NCBI GenBank assembly: GCA_910587425.1
Contig: CAJUKU010000002.1
Location: 96,526 to 160,525 of the forward strand
Direction of reading: 5' to 3'
Length of the DNA stretch: 64,000 nucleotides
Origin: an uncultured Muribaculaceae bacterium
GTDB lineage: Bacteria > Bacteroidota > Bacteroidia > Bacteroidales > Muribaculaceae
The notes beneath the pieces were generated by a model, which did no database searches, was not told the DNA's origin, and saw nothing but the letters and a program-made list of their open reading frames with translations. Each line of letters begins with the position of its first letter. Within the stretch, counting starts at the first letter, position 1. A program made the position numbers and the translations under genes. Shown here one piece after another: positions 20,109 to 29,361 of the stretch.

Positions 20109-20889
20109 ACAAAAAGCGGCGGCTATCGCCGCTGTTATCGACACGCTCGACCGCCTGCGCGTGGAGTGTCCGTGGGATCGCAAGCAGACCAACGAGAGTC
20201 TGCGTCCGAACACCATAGAGGAGGTCTACGAGCTCTGCCAGGCGCTTCTCAACGATGACACTGCCGACATTAAGAAGGAACTCGGCGACGTGCTGCTCCA
20301 TGTGCTTTTCTACGCGAAGATCGCCGAGGAGAAGGAGCAGTTTGACGCAGCCGATGTAGCCGACGCGCTCAATGCCAAGCTCATTTACCGCCATCCGCAC
20401 ATTTTCGGCGATGTCAAGGCTGACGATGCCGAGACTGTAATCCAAAACTGGGAGCAGCTGAAACTGCGGGAGAAAGGGGGCAACCGCACCGTTCTCGCAG
20501 GCGTACCCGAGGCACTTCCCGCACTGGTCAAGGCTTTCCGTGTGCAGGAGAAGGCTTCAAACGTAGGCTTCGACTGGCATGAGCCGGAGGGAGCATGGCG
20601 GAAATTCACAGAGGAAGCTGAAGAGTTCCGCGCAGAGGTGCAGAAACTCGATGCCGAACGCATGGAGGAGGAGATGGGCGATCTGCTTTTCAGCCTAATA
20701 AACGTGTCGAGACTATACGGCATAAACCCAGAGAATGCATTGGAGCGCACAAACCGCAAGTTCATCGCGCGCTTCAACCATATCGAATCGCGCGCCAAGG
20801 AGACAGGGCGCGAACTGTCATCTATGACTCTCGATGAGATGGATGCGCTATGGGATGAGGCTAAGACTGCCGGGATCGGCAACCGCTGA
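20089..20889 (+). CDS. mazG: Nucleoside triphosphate pyrophosphohydrolase
   Basis: CPWDRKQT, EEVYEL, ELGDVLLH, RHPHIFG, second EEMGDLLF domain. Confidence 0.95.
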   Translation: MSAHTTEQKAAAIAAVIDTLDRLRVECPWDRKQTNESLRPNTIEEVYELCQALLNDDTADIKKELGDVLLHVLFYAKIAEEKEQFDAADVADALNAKLIYRHPHIFGDVKADDAETVIQNWEQLKLREKGGNRTVLAGVPEALPALVKAFRVQEKASNVGFDWHEPEGAWRKFTEEAEEFRAEVQKLDAERMEEEMGDLLFSLINVSRLYGINPENALERTNRKFIARFNHIESRAKETGRELSSMTLDEMDALWDEAKTAGIGNR

Positions 20890-20935
20890 GCGCCGATCTG
20901 CGTTTATATCTTTAAAGACAAAAAACGAGTCTGCA

Positions 20936-21352
20936 ATGAACCGTATTATAGCTGCTATAACCGCAATAATAATAGCTGTCGGCGCGGCTGCCGCCACCCC
21001 GGCGACAGCCACCGTCACACGCCGCTGCAACGCGGCTTCATCGGGAGTGCTGACACTCGTTGCCGATAGTATCATGTTCCGCGACGATGTGACACGCCTG
21101 TACGGCAAACTGCGCGGCACACCCCACACATCCTCACGCATAGACTCAATGATACTTACCGCGCCGGGCGACATAGCCGCACTGTGCACAGATCTCGACG
21201 GTGCCGACCTGCGCCGCTGGTTCCAATGGGAGGATGACGGACTGATTCCTGTCGAGATTGATTTCCCGGCTATGAAACCTGTCGGCACGGCGACTGTAAC
21301 AGTAAGCGGTCCGCGCGGAGAGTCAACCTGGATAATCACCATCGGAAAGTGA
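20936..21352 (+). CDS. Hypothetical secreted protein
   Basis: ATG after an A-rich leader; signal-peptide-like MNRIIAAITAIIIAVGAAA; stop overlaps the topB start (GTGA). Confidence 0.7.
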   Translation: MNRIIAAITAIIIAVGAAAATPATATVTRRCNAASSGVLTLVADSIMFRDDVTRLYGKLRGTPHTSSRIDSMILTAPGDIAALCTDLDGADLRRWFQWEDDGLIPVEIDFPAMKPVGTATVTVSGPRGESTWIITIGK

Positions 21353-23412
21353 AAGTCTGCATAACGGAGAAACCGAGCGTGGCACGCGACATAGCCGCTA
21401 TTCTCGGGGCTAACAGCCGTCATGACGGGTTTTACGAAGGTCAGGACGTCTGCGTCACATGGACCTTCGGACATCTCTGCATGCTCAAGGAACCCGCCGA
21501 CTACACCGACGAGTGGCGCCGATGGGCAATATCGCGGTTGCCTATGCTCCCTGCACGCTTCGGCATAAAGCTGATCGACCAGGCGAGCATCCGCAAACAG
21601 TTCGATGTCATAAAGACCCTCATTTCGAAAGCCGACGAGGTGATCAACTGCGGTGATGCCGGACAGGAGGGAGAACTGATACAGCGGTGGGTAATGCAGC
21701 TCGCCGAGACAAAATGCCCCGTTCAGAGACTGTGGATATCATCGCTCACTGACGAGGCTATACGCGAGGGCTTCCGCAATCTCCGTCCGCAGGCTGACTT
21801 CAACAATCTATACCATGCCGGACTATCGCGCGCCGTGGGCGACTGGATTCTCGGCATGAACGCAACCCGGCTATACACTCTGAAATACTCACAGCCCGGA
21901 TCGGTGCTCTCGATCGGACGCGTGCAGACACCCACGCTCGCACTTATTGTAAACCGTCAGCACGAGATCGACAATTTCCGTCCGGAAGACTTCTGGGAGC
22001 TTAAGACCGTTTACCGCGGCGCGACATTCAATGCCACAGCCGGACGCTTCAAGACCGAAGCCTCGGCACAGGAGGTGATCGACCGGATCCGTACCGCTCC
22101 CCTGACCATAACCGATGTCAAGGAGAAGGAGGGACGCGAGTCTCCGCCACGGCTCTTCGACCTCACATCCCTTCAGGTGGAGACCAACAAACGCTGGGGA
22201 TGGACCGCCGAGGTCACGCTTCGCCTCATTCAGTCGCTCTACGAGAAGAAAGTGACCACTTATCCGCGTGTCGACACGACATATCTCAGCGAGGATATAT
22301 ATCCGAAGGTGCCCGACACACTGCGGCGCATGGCTCCATACGCCACACTGACGGCTCCACTGCTCGCGGGGAAACTGCCGAAGAGCAAGCGGGTGTTTGA
22401 TAATGCCAAGGTCACCGACCACCACGCCATCATCCCCACCGGCGAATCTCCCTCGGTGCTCGTCGGCGATGAACGTAAACTCTACCATCTCATAGCACTG
22501 CGCTTCATTGCCGCATTCTACCCCGACTGCCGCTTCGCCTCAACAACGGTCATGGCTGAGGTTGCCGACTGTGGCTTCAAGGCTACCGGCAAGGTTATCA
22601 CATCACCCGGATGGCGGACCGTGTTCGGCGATACGCCGGAAGCCAAGGAGGGGAACGAGCAGGAGGCGGATTCCGACGACAAGGTGCTCCCCCACTTCGA
22701 CCCTGGAGAGAGCGGTCCGCATGAGCCGGCAATGGTCAAGAAGACCACACAACCGCCGAAACCGTATACCGAAGGCACTCTGTTGCGCGCCATGGAATCC
22801 GCCGGACGCACCGTAGATGACGAAACACTCCGCGAGGCGATGAAAGAGAACGGCATAGGGCGCCCCTCCACACGCGCCGCCATCATCGAGACGCTTTTCA
22901 AACGCCAGTATCTGCGGCGCGAGCGTAAGAACATACTCCCCACGCAGGCGGGGATCGACCTCATAGCCACAATCAACGAGAAACTGCTGAAGAGCGCCGA
23001 GCTGACCGGACTCTGGGAGAACAAGTTGCGCCGCATAGAGCGTGGCGACTACTCCGCAGCCGAGTTTATCGACGAACTTAAGCAGATGATCGGTGTCATT
23101 GTGCTCAACGTGCTCAACGACAACACACAGCGCAAGATTCTTGTTGAGCAGGCACCGGCTGGTAAGGGATCCAAAAAGACCGCAACCGACACTCCTAAGC
23201 CTAAACGGAAACCCTCCGTGCGCAAACTGGAGCAGATAGCCTGTCCTGAATGCGGGGAGGGACACATAGTGAAAGGGCGCACAGCATACGGTTGCTCACG
23301 CTTCCGCGAGGGATGCCCGCTGCGGCTCGGCTTTGAAGAGTTCTCTCCGGAACTGACGCCGGCACGCCTGAACAGCGCCATAGCCAAGAAATACAAGTCG
23401 AAACAAGCATAA
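21349..23412 (+). CDS. topB: DNA topoisomerase III
   Basis: EKPSVA, DAGQEGELI, SIGRVQTPTL, catalytic TYPRVD, DHHAIIPT, GIGRPSTRA, C-terminal zinc ribbon. Confidence 0.95.
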   Translation: MKVCITEKPSVARDIAAILGANSRHDGFYEGQDVCVTWTFGHLCMLKEPADYTDEWRRWAISRLPMLPARFGIKLIDQASIRKQFDVIKTLISKADEVINCGDAGQEGELIQRWVMQLAETKCPVQRLWISSLTDEAIREGFRNLRPQADFNNLYHAGLSRAVGDWILGMNATRLYTLKYSQPGSVLSIGRVQTPTLALIVNRQHEIDNFRPEDFWELKTVYRGATFNATAGRFKTEASAQEVIDRIRTAPLTITDVKEKEGRESPPRLFDLTSLQVETNKRWGWTAEVTLRLIQSLYEKKVTTYPRVDTTYLSEDIYPKVPDTLRRMAPYATLTAPLLAGKLPKSKRVFDNAKVTDHHAIIPTGESPSVLVGDERKLYHLIALRFIAAFYPDCRFASTTVMAEVADCGFKATGKVITSPGWRTVFGDTPEAKEGNEQEADSDDKVLPHFDPGESGPHEPAMVKKTTQPPKPYTEGTLLRAMESAGRTVDDETLREAMKENGIGRPSTRAAIIETLFKRQYLRRERKNILPTQAGIDLIATINEKLLKSAELTGLWENKLRRIERGDYSAAEFIDELKQMIGVIVLNVLNDNTQRKILVEQAPAGKGSKKTATDTPKPKRKPSVRKLEQIACPECGEGHIVKGRTAYGCSRFREGCPLRLGFEEFSPELTPARLNSAIAKKYKSKQA

Positions 23413-23422
23413 CACAATTACA

Positions 23423-23944
23423 ATGAAGGTTGACAAGGCTGAACTATTTCCCGTCGTAGATGAGAGCGGCAATGTAATCGGATCCGCCACACGTGGCGAA
23501 TGCCACAGCGGAGCCAAGTTGCTTCACCCCGTGGTGCATCTGCACGTGATCGACGAACGTGGGCGCATACTGCTGCAGAAACGGTCGATGTTGAAAGATA
23601 TACAGCCCGGACGATGGGACACGGCTGTGGGCGGCCACGTAGATTTCGGGGAGACTGTGCACGACGCACTGCTGCGTGAGGTCAGCGAGGAGATCGGCAT
23701 AGATGCCTCAGCGGCGACACTGCTCACAAGCTACCTGTTTGAGTCAGCACGCGAGCGCGAGATGGTCAACACTTTCATCCTTCACGTCAATTCCGATGCC
23801 CGCTTCAACGCACCTGCCGATGAAATCGATGAACTCCGCTTCTGGCATATTGACGAAATCGAGGCGAACCTCGCCAACGGCACCTTCACCCCCAACTTCG
23901 TGCAGGAGTTCACCACAATACTTCTTCCTCATCTCAGATCATGA
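23423..23944 (+). CDS. NUDIX hydrolase (IDI/YfcD-like)
   Basis: GGHVDFGETVHDALLREVSEEIG Nudix box. Confidence 0.88.
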   Translation: MKVDKAELFPVVDESGNVIGSATRGECHSGAKLLHPVVHLHVIDERGRILLQKRSMLKDIQPGRWDTAVGGHVDFGETVHDALLREVSEEIGIDASAATLLTSYLFESAREREMVNTFILHVNSDARFNAPADEIDELRFWHIDEIEANLANGTFTPNFVQEFTTILLPHLRS

Positions 23945-24162
23945 CCGAAAGCACAAATATGCTGCTCCAGAGCATAGCCGTAGGGTTCATCATCCTGGTC
24001 TGCATAATCTACATAGTGCGCCGCACCACACGCCGACGCCGCAAGGACTCCGCATCATGCAGCGGCTGTCCCCTCGCCGACAGCTGCCACCGCACGTCCA
24101 CAGGGAAAAAACCGGATGCATGCCGCCATACATCCGGGAATTGCAGTTGCGGTTGTCACTGA
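23941..24162 (+). CDS. Small Cys-rich membrane protein (FeoB-associated Cys-rich family-like)
   Basis: One TM helix, basic stretch, CSGCPLADSC...C...CSCGCH; ATGA overlap with the NUDIX gene. Confidence 0.65.
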   Translation: MTESTNMLLQSIAVGFIILVCIIYIVRRTTRRRRKDSASCSGCPLADSCHRTSTGKKPDACRHTSGNCSCGCH

Positions 24163-24192
24163 CACGCCGTCACGGAAAACCATTCACGGCTA

Positions 24193-25248
24193 TCAACCGA
24201 GCAGATAACGACTGCGCGGCAGCCATTCAAGCATACGCGCTATCACGACACACACGACAAACGTAAGTACACCCACGCACAGTATTGTCCATAGTGTCGG
24301 CATCATCCCTTCCAACAGACGGTAAACGGCACCGAGAACCAGAATGTGCATTAGATATACACCATAGCTTAGACGCGAAATGCAACTCACCGCAACATTC
24401 TCACGCGCATTGCGGTATAACGACTGCACTATCACAAACACGCCGAAACTCATCATCACCACATTGGGGGTACAGAAGCGCCAGCTAAGCTCAAGTTGTT
24501 GCAGAGTAGCAGCCATCGGTATTCTTCCATACCACACCATAGCCGTGAATATATAGCCCGCAACATAGAGCACTCCCCCGGTCAGCAGGCTGCGCCGCAC
24601 ACTCCAGTCGACGTAACGGCGCACGTAGTTCGCAAGCACGATATAACCCATGAATCCTGAAAAATACCATAGTATATTGAATTCGTTCCAGTAACACTCG
24701 CCGTAGATATCACCGCAAGCCTCACGTATATATGGAAATAGTGTCGACAATCCCCACAGCGTCAGATAGAACTCCTGACCGCGGCGGCTCACTTTCTGGA
24801 TCCATGGTGAGATCACCGGCATGAATAGATACACTCCGATTATCATGTATACAAACCAGAAATGACCCGCAGCATCATTGAAGTTATAGGCAAGACGAAG
24901 CATGGATGCCACAACGTCATCGCCGCTCATGTCGCCCCAGAGATAAGGGAGAGTCGCATAGAGCACCGACCATATCACAAACGGTACAACAACGCGCATA
25001 AGCCGCCGGCTAAAAAACTTCCGCACCGGCGTATCGACAGGAACAAGCAGATATCCGGAGATCATCACGAACAGAGGTACGGAGCACCGGAACGCGCTGT
25101 CTATCACACTTACCCAGAAACCGTCAGACATCGAACGGATACCGATCTCCGACCCGTCGATGAAAAAGAATTCACACGAGTGCACCATGATAACCATGAA
25201 ACATGCCATCACACGCAGATAATCGAGAAAAACGATTCTACCCTTCAT
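24193..25248 (-). CDS. Acyltransferase-3 family membrane O-acyltransferase
   Basis: LDYLRVMACFMVIMVH, VPLFVMISGY, HFWFVY, SYGVYLMH. Confidence 0.9.
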   Translation of the reverse strand: MKGRIVFLDYLRVMACFMVIMVHSCEFFFIDGSEIGIRSMSDGFWVSVIDSAFRCSVPLFVMISGYLLVPVDTPVRKFFSRRLMRVVVPFVIWSVLYATLPYLWGDMSGDDVVASMLRLAYNFNDAAGHFWFVYMIIGVYLFMPVISPWIQKVSRRGQEFYLTLWGLSTLFPYIREACGDIYGECYWNEFNILWYFSGFMGYIVLANYVRRYVDWSVRRSLLTGGVLYVAGYIFTAMVWYGRIPMAATLQQLELSWRFCTPNVVMMSFGVFVIVQSLYRNARENVAVSCISRLSYGVYLMHILVLGAVYRLLEGMMPTLWTILCVGVLTFVVCVVIARMLEWLPRSRYLLG

Positions 25249-25266
25249 AAACTTCTTGATTTTAGA

Positions 25267-25284
25267 TTAACTTTGCAAAGTTAA
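25267..25284. promoter_or_regulatory. Perfect 18-bp palindrome containing two opposing -7 promoter elements
   Basis: TTAACTTTGCAAAGTTAA: TAACTTTG on + (25268-25275) and on - (25283-25276), between divergent genes. Confidence 0.75.
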
Positions 25285-25321
25285 ACCGCCCCATCCGGGA
25301 CTACAATACTGAAAAATAACC

Positions 25322-26110
25322 ATGGATGTACTCCGTAAGGAACTCGCCGCTATATATGCCGCACAAAATCTGAATGCGGAGACTCTTGATCCGGACATCG
25401 TTGAGCAATACCGTATTACAACGCGACAAGTCACCATCACTGATGATGACTGCCGAGTCATAACCGATGCCTCCTCTGACCGCTGCTACATCTACAGCGG
25501 GAGATTCGCTGCATTATTCGGTCTTCGTGGAGCTAAATCCGGCTCGCCATACGAGACAGATGTAGCATCAAGCGACGAGGACGAGATCTACAACCTCATG
25601 CATCCGGAGGATCTGGTCGACAAAAGGATGCTCGAATATGAGTTCTTTAGGCTCGCCGACTCCAGAAGTTCAGACTCGGAGAAACTGAAATGCAAAGCCA
25701 CATGCCGCATCCGTATGCGCGCCAATGATGGAAAATACATCTACGTGGACAACAGCACACAGGTGCTGCACAATTCCCCCGGCGGAAAGATATGGCTGAT
25801 CCTCTGCCGCTACTCATTATCGGCAGATCAGCACACCGACGAAACGGGCATACGCCCCGTGATACTCGATACAGCAACCGGTACGACTCACATCGTTCAA
25901 CTACAGGCAAAACGCCATCGCCTCCTCACCGGACGCGAGCGGCACATACTCTCCCTGATACGCGACGGTATGCCAAGTAAACTGATAGCCGCTCAACTCG
26001 GCATCTCAATTAATACAGTCAACCGTCACCGCCAGAATATACTGGAGAAATTGAGCGTGGGCAACTCCATTGAAGCCGTAACCGCTGCCACAGCCATGAA
26101 GCTACTATGA
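25322..26110 (+). CDS. LuxR-family transcriptional regulator with PAS-like sensor region
   Basis: MHPEDL PAS-like motif; C-terminal LTGRERHIL...GMPSKLIA...ISINTVNRHRQNILEKL. Confidence 0.9.
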   Translation: MDVLRKELAAIYAAQNLNAETLDPDIVEQYRITTRQVTITDDDCRVITDASSDRCYIYSGRFAALFGLRGAKSGSPYETDVASSDEDEIYNLMHPEDLVDKRMLEYEFFRLADSRSSDSEKLKCKATCRIRMRANDGKYIYVDNSTQVLHNSPGGKIWLILCRYSLSADQHTDETGIRPVILDTATGTTHIVQLQAKRHRLLTGRERHILSLIRDGMPSKLIAAQLGISINTVNRHRQNILEKLSVGNSIEAVTAATAMKLL

Positions 26111-26199
26111 CTGCTCCACACGCCGGTAAGTTTCAAACATTGTAGAAAAGTATTAAAAAACTTCCGGCGCAACAATGGCGCCGAGTGGCTGTTTTATCG

Positions 26200-26207
26200 T
26201 AACTTTG
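26200..26207 (+). promoter_or_regulatory. -7 element directly before dnaB (probable leaderless mRNA)
   Basis: TAACTTTG-ccgt-ATG. Confidence 0.65.
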
Positions 26208-26211
26208 CCGT

Positions 26212-27747
26212 ATGGAAACAAAACAGAACCGATACACCCCCGGACGCAACAAGCAGCAACCTGATCTCGGAGGACGCATCCCCCCGCGCGACCTTGAGCT
26301 TGAAGAGGCTGTGCTCGGAGCACTCATGCTTGAGAAAGACGCATATACCGCCGTGTGCGACATCCTCAAACCTGAATGTTTCTACGAACCTGCCAACCGC
26401 CTCGTCTACGAAGCCGTGCAGCACCTCGGGGCAGCGCAGAAGCCTATCGACATGCTCACCGTCACGGAGCAGCTGCGACTCGACGGCACGCTTGCCGACG
26501 TCGGAGGTCCCGTTTTCGTTTCCGAACTGACATCGCGCGTGCTCTCAGGAGCCAATGTCGAATATCACGCACGCATTGTAGCACAGAAATATCTCGCTCG
26601 CGAACTCATAAGTTTCGCCGGCGAGATAGAGAAGAAAGCCTACGACGAAAGCAACGACGTCGACGACCTCCTGCAGGAAGCCGAAGGCAGACTCTTCGAG
26701 ATCACCCAGCGCAACGTAAAGAAAGACGTGACGCAGATCGATCCCGTGATCGCACAGGCGATTTCGCAGATACAGGCATCAGCCAACCGTGCCTCCGGAC
26801 TCTCCGGACTCGAGAGCGGATTCCACGAGCTCGACAAACTCACATCAGGATGGCAGTCGTCCGATCTCATAATCATAGCCGCCCGACCCGCGATGGGTAA
26901 AACCGCATTCGTGCTATCGATGGCTAAGAATATGTCGGTCAACTACAACATCCCGGTAGCGATATTTTCACTCGAGATGTCCAACCTGCAGCTTGTCAAC
27001 CGTCTCATAAGCAACGTCTGCGAGCTCGGAGGCGAGAAGATCAAGAGCGGACAGCTCAGCCCCATGGAGTGGGACCAGCTCATGGCGCGCGTCAAGAACC
27101 TCCTCGGCGCAAAACTATTCATCGACGACACCCCTTCACTCTCCATATTCGAACTGCGTACGAAAGCACGCCGCCTCGTGCGCGAGCATCAGGTGCGGTT
27201 CATAATCATCGACTACCTCCAGCTCATGAACGCCTCCGGAATGCGCTTCGGCAGCCGCGAGCAGGAGGTCAGCATGATCTCACGCTCACTCAAGCAGCTC
27301 GCCAAAGAGCTTAACATACCTGTCGTGGCGCTCTCACAGCTCAACCGTAGCGTGGAGAGCCGTGGCGACAGCAAGGATGGAAAACGCCCGCAGCTCTCCG
27401 ACCTCCGTGAATCGGGAGCCATCGAGCAGGATGCCGACATAGTCTGCTTCATCCATCGACCTGAATACTATCTGCGGTCATCAACCGACGCCGAAGGCAA
27501 CGATATACAGGGACTCGCCGAATTTATCGTGGCAAAACACCGTAGCGGACGCGTTGACGACGTGAAGATGCGCTTCCGCAAGGAATTTGCACGCTTCGAG
27601 AACTGGGAGGAGACACCCGATATGACCCTCACATCTGTCGGCTCATCGCTCAACAGCGGAAGCATCCCCACATCCGGTCCCACCACCCCGCTGGCAGGAG
27701 GCACCGCCGACATCCTCGGCTCACCCGCCGACGCCGTCCCCTTCTGA
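26212..27747 (+). CDS. dnaB: Replicative DNA helicase
   Basis: AARPAMGKT, FSLEMS, IIDYLQLM, LSQLNR, DLRESGAIEQDAD; no intein. Confidence 0.97.
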   Translation: METKQNRYTPGRNKQQPDLGGRIPPRDLELEEAVLGALMLEKDAYTAVCDILKPECFYEPANRLVYEAVQHLGAAQKPIDMLTVTEQLRLDGTLADVGGPVFVSELTSRVLSGANVEYHARIVAQKYLARELISFAGEIEKKAYDESNDVDDLLQEAEGRLFEITQRNVKKDVTQIDPVIAQAISQIQASANRASGLSGLESGFHELDKLTSGWQSSDLIIIAARPAMGKTAFVLSMAKNMSVNYNIPVAIFSLEMSNLQLVNRLISNVCELGGEKIKSGQLSPMEWDQLMARVKNLLGAKLFIDDTPSLSIFELRTKARRLVREHQVRFIIIDYLQLMNASGMRFGSREQEVSMISRSLKQLAKELNIPVVALSQLNRSVESRGDSKDGKRPQLSDLRESGAIEQDADIVCFIHRPEYYLRSSTDAEGNDIQGLAEFIVAKHRSGRVDDVKMRFRKEFARFENWEETPDMTLTSVGSSLNSGSIPTSGPTTPLAGGTADILGSPADAVPF

Positions 27748-27778
27748 CCCCATACATTTATTGATTAAACGACACCGC

Positions 27779-27803
27779 CTCCTCCCAGGTAAACATGAGG
27801 AGG
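27779..27803. terminator. Hairpin between convergent dnaB and the AlbA_2 gene
   Basis: cctcctc-N12-gaggagg. Confidence 0.4.
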
Positions 27804-27827
27804 TTTCCGTCATTGAATGCAACTAAT

Positions 27828-29207
27828 TTACAACTCAATTATCTCCCAATAACCACCTCTCTTAGACCCTATTCTTTTCACGAGATTGGTCATTTTTGCA
27901 ATTTCTCTGTCTATAGTTGGTGAACTGACACCAATTGCTTCCGCTATGGCATCAAGAGTGATATTTGGATTTTGAGATATTAGTGACAGAATCTTAGATT
28001 GACGTTCAGTTATATTTTTAGCATCATTTTTAGCATCATTTTTAGCATCATTTTTAGCATCATTTGCGCTGGATGGGTCTTGACCTCCTCGTATCGACAT
28101 AAAAATCTCACGCGGAATAATGGCTGTTACACCACCATGTTCCTCCCTGAATGTGGGGTGTTTTAGATTTGCCTTGTCAAATTCCCGCATAATCTTTTCG
28201 TAGCCACGTCCCCAAGCCTCAATGAACCCAGCGAGAAAGAACACATGTGCAATCTTCGGATTGCGAGCCTTTGAAATATGCTTGTTCATCAGCGTCTCTA
28301 CGGTGTAGTCTTCCGGAAGAACGCCCTCATTCCACAACTGGATATGGTCGTCATAGATGCTCATCTGATTCCATGTGCCAATCTGGAGCTTATGCACAAT
28401 GCTATTGAATATTATCTCGCGCAGAGCATCCTTCGGTATCTCCAACGGCTCTTTACGCTGAAAACCCTCGTAATGAATCGGACGAATAAGATATTTGTCA
28501 CTCAGCACCTGCATTATCTTATCGGTCATCTGTATGATATTGCCTGAAATAACATCCTGATTCAATAAATCAGAATCATCAACCCCAAATCTCCCTATCT
28601 TGAAACTTGAGGTGACAAACACACGCTGAGGATGCTTGCCAAACAATAACACAGCCCCGTTTGTAGGAATACCATCCTTTAAGAGTCCCAAATTTGCAAG
28701 CACATCTTCTTTTGTTGAGTTATGACGCTCCGGATCCAATCTGCCCTCATCTATTGCGTGAGTCAAGAAATAACTGATGGCATTATCGTCTATATCGTCC
28801 AAGATCACTCCATCACAAGGCATATCCTCCCAGTTCACCCCCATCTTCTTCAAGAGAAACTGATGAAGAGCAGCGCCGCGAAGTTCCTGCTTAGTGGCTC
28901 CGCTACGGTAGTAATAGACTCCACGATAGGATATCGGCATCATCGACGGTTCAATGACAATCTCAATCACATCCTTGCCATCAATGGAGAGATGATTAGT
29001 TTCCGGGAATACACCGGTATTGTTGATAATCTTGTTGGGCAGATCCTCCATTTGCTGATGAAGGTCGTCAACACCGACAACTGTCAGATCGTCATCGACG
29101 CCAATATAAATCTTGCCGCCATGGGCATTGGCAAAGCCCGATACCCACTTCAGATACTCATCCTTCCAGATTCGCTTGTGCTCTATGTTCTGATTCTCCC
29201 TATTCAT
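27828..29207 (-). CDS. Schlafen/AlbA_2 + HATPase_c_4 (RecG_C-like) + winged-HTH protein; low GC
   Basis: ENQNIEHK...GFANAHGGKIYIGVDD; ALREIIFNSIVH...RNPKIA...IEAWGRG; C-terminal HTH (NPNITLDAIAEAIGVS...GGYWEI). Confidence 0.88.
   Translation of the reverse strand: MNRENQNIEHKRIWKDEYLKWVSGFANAHGGKIYIGVDDDLTVVGVDDLHQQMEDLPNKIINNTGVFPETNHLSIDGKDVIEIVIEPSMMPISYRGVYYYRSGATKQELRGAALHQFLLKKMGVNWEDMPCDGVILDDIDDNAISYFLTHAIDEGRLDPERHNSTKEDVLANLGLLKDGIPTNGAVLLFGKHPQRVFVTSSFKIGRFGVDDSDLLNQDVISGNIIQMTDKIMQVLSDKYLIRPIHYEGFQRKEPLEIPKDALREIIFNSIVHKLQIGTWNQMSIYDDHIQLWNEGVLPEDYTVETLMNKHISKARNPKIAHVFFLAGFIEAWGRGYEKIMREFDKANLKHPTFREEHGGVTAIIPREIFMSIRGGQDPSSANDAKNDAKNDAKNDAKNITERQSKILSLISQNPNITLDAIAEAIGVSSPTIDREIAKMTNLVKRIGSKRGGYWEIIEL
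28014..28061. repeat. Perfect 12-bp tandem repeat x4 (ATTTTTAGCATC) encoding NDAK repeats
   Basis: Read directly; in frame, just before the HTH. Confidence 0.95.
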
Positions 29208-29211
29208 ATGG

Positions 29212-29219
29212 CAAAGTTA
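29212..29219 (-). promoter_or_regulatory. -7 element directly before the AlbA_2 gene (probable leaderless mRNA)
   Basis: Minus strand TAACTTTG-ccat-ATG. Confidence 0.65.
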
Positions 29220-29299
29220 AAGAAAAATCAATATCCCGCAACCAACAGACAGCATCATTCACTGATTACGTTAAAATAAAAAAAAGACCTCTCCGGAAA

Positions 29300-29323
29300 A
29301 ACCTTTTTCGGCTCCATATTGTT
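29300..29323 (+). promoter_or_regulatory. Candidate alternative-sigma promoter, copy upstream of the LRR gene
   Basis: AACCTT-tttcggctccata-TTGTT(AG). Confidence 0.55.
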
Positions 29324-29361
29324 AGGAGTATAAAATGACATTAACCCAACTATTAAAATTT

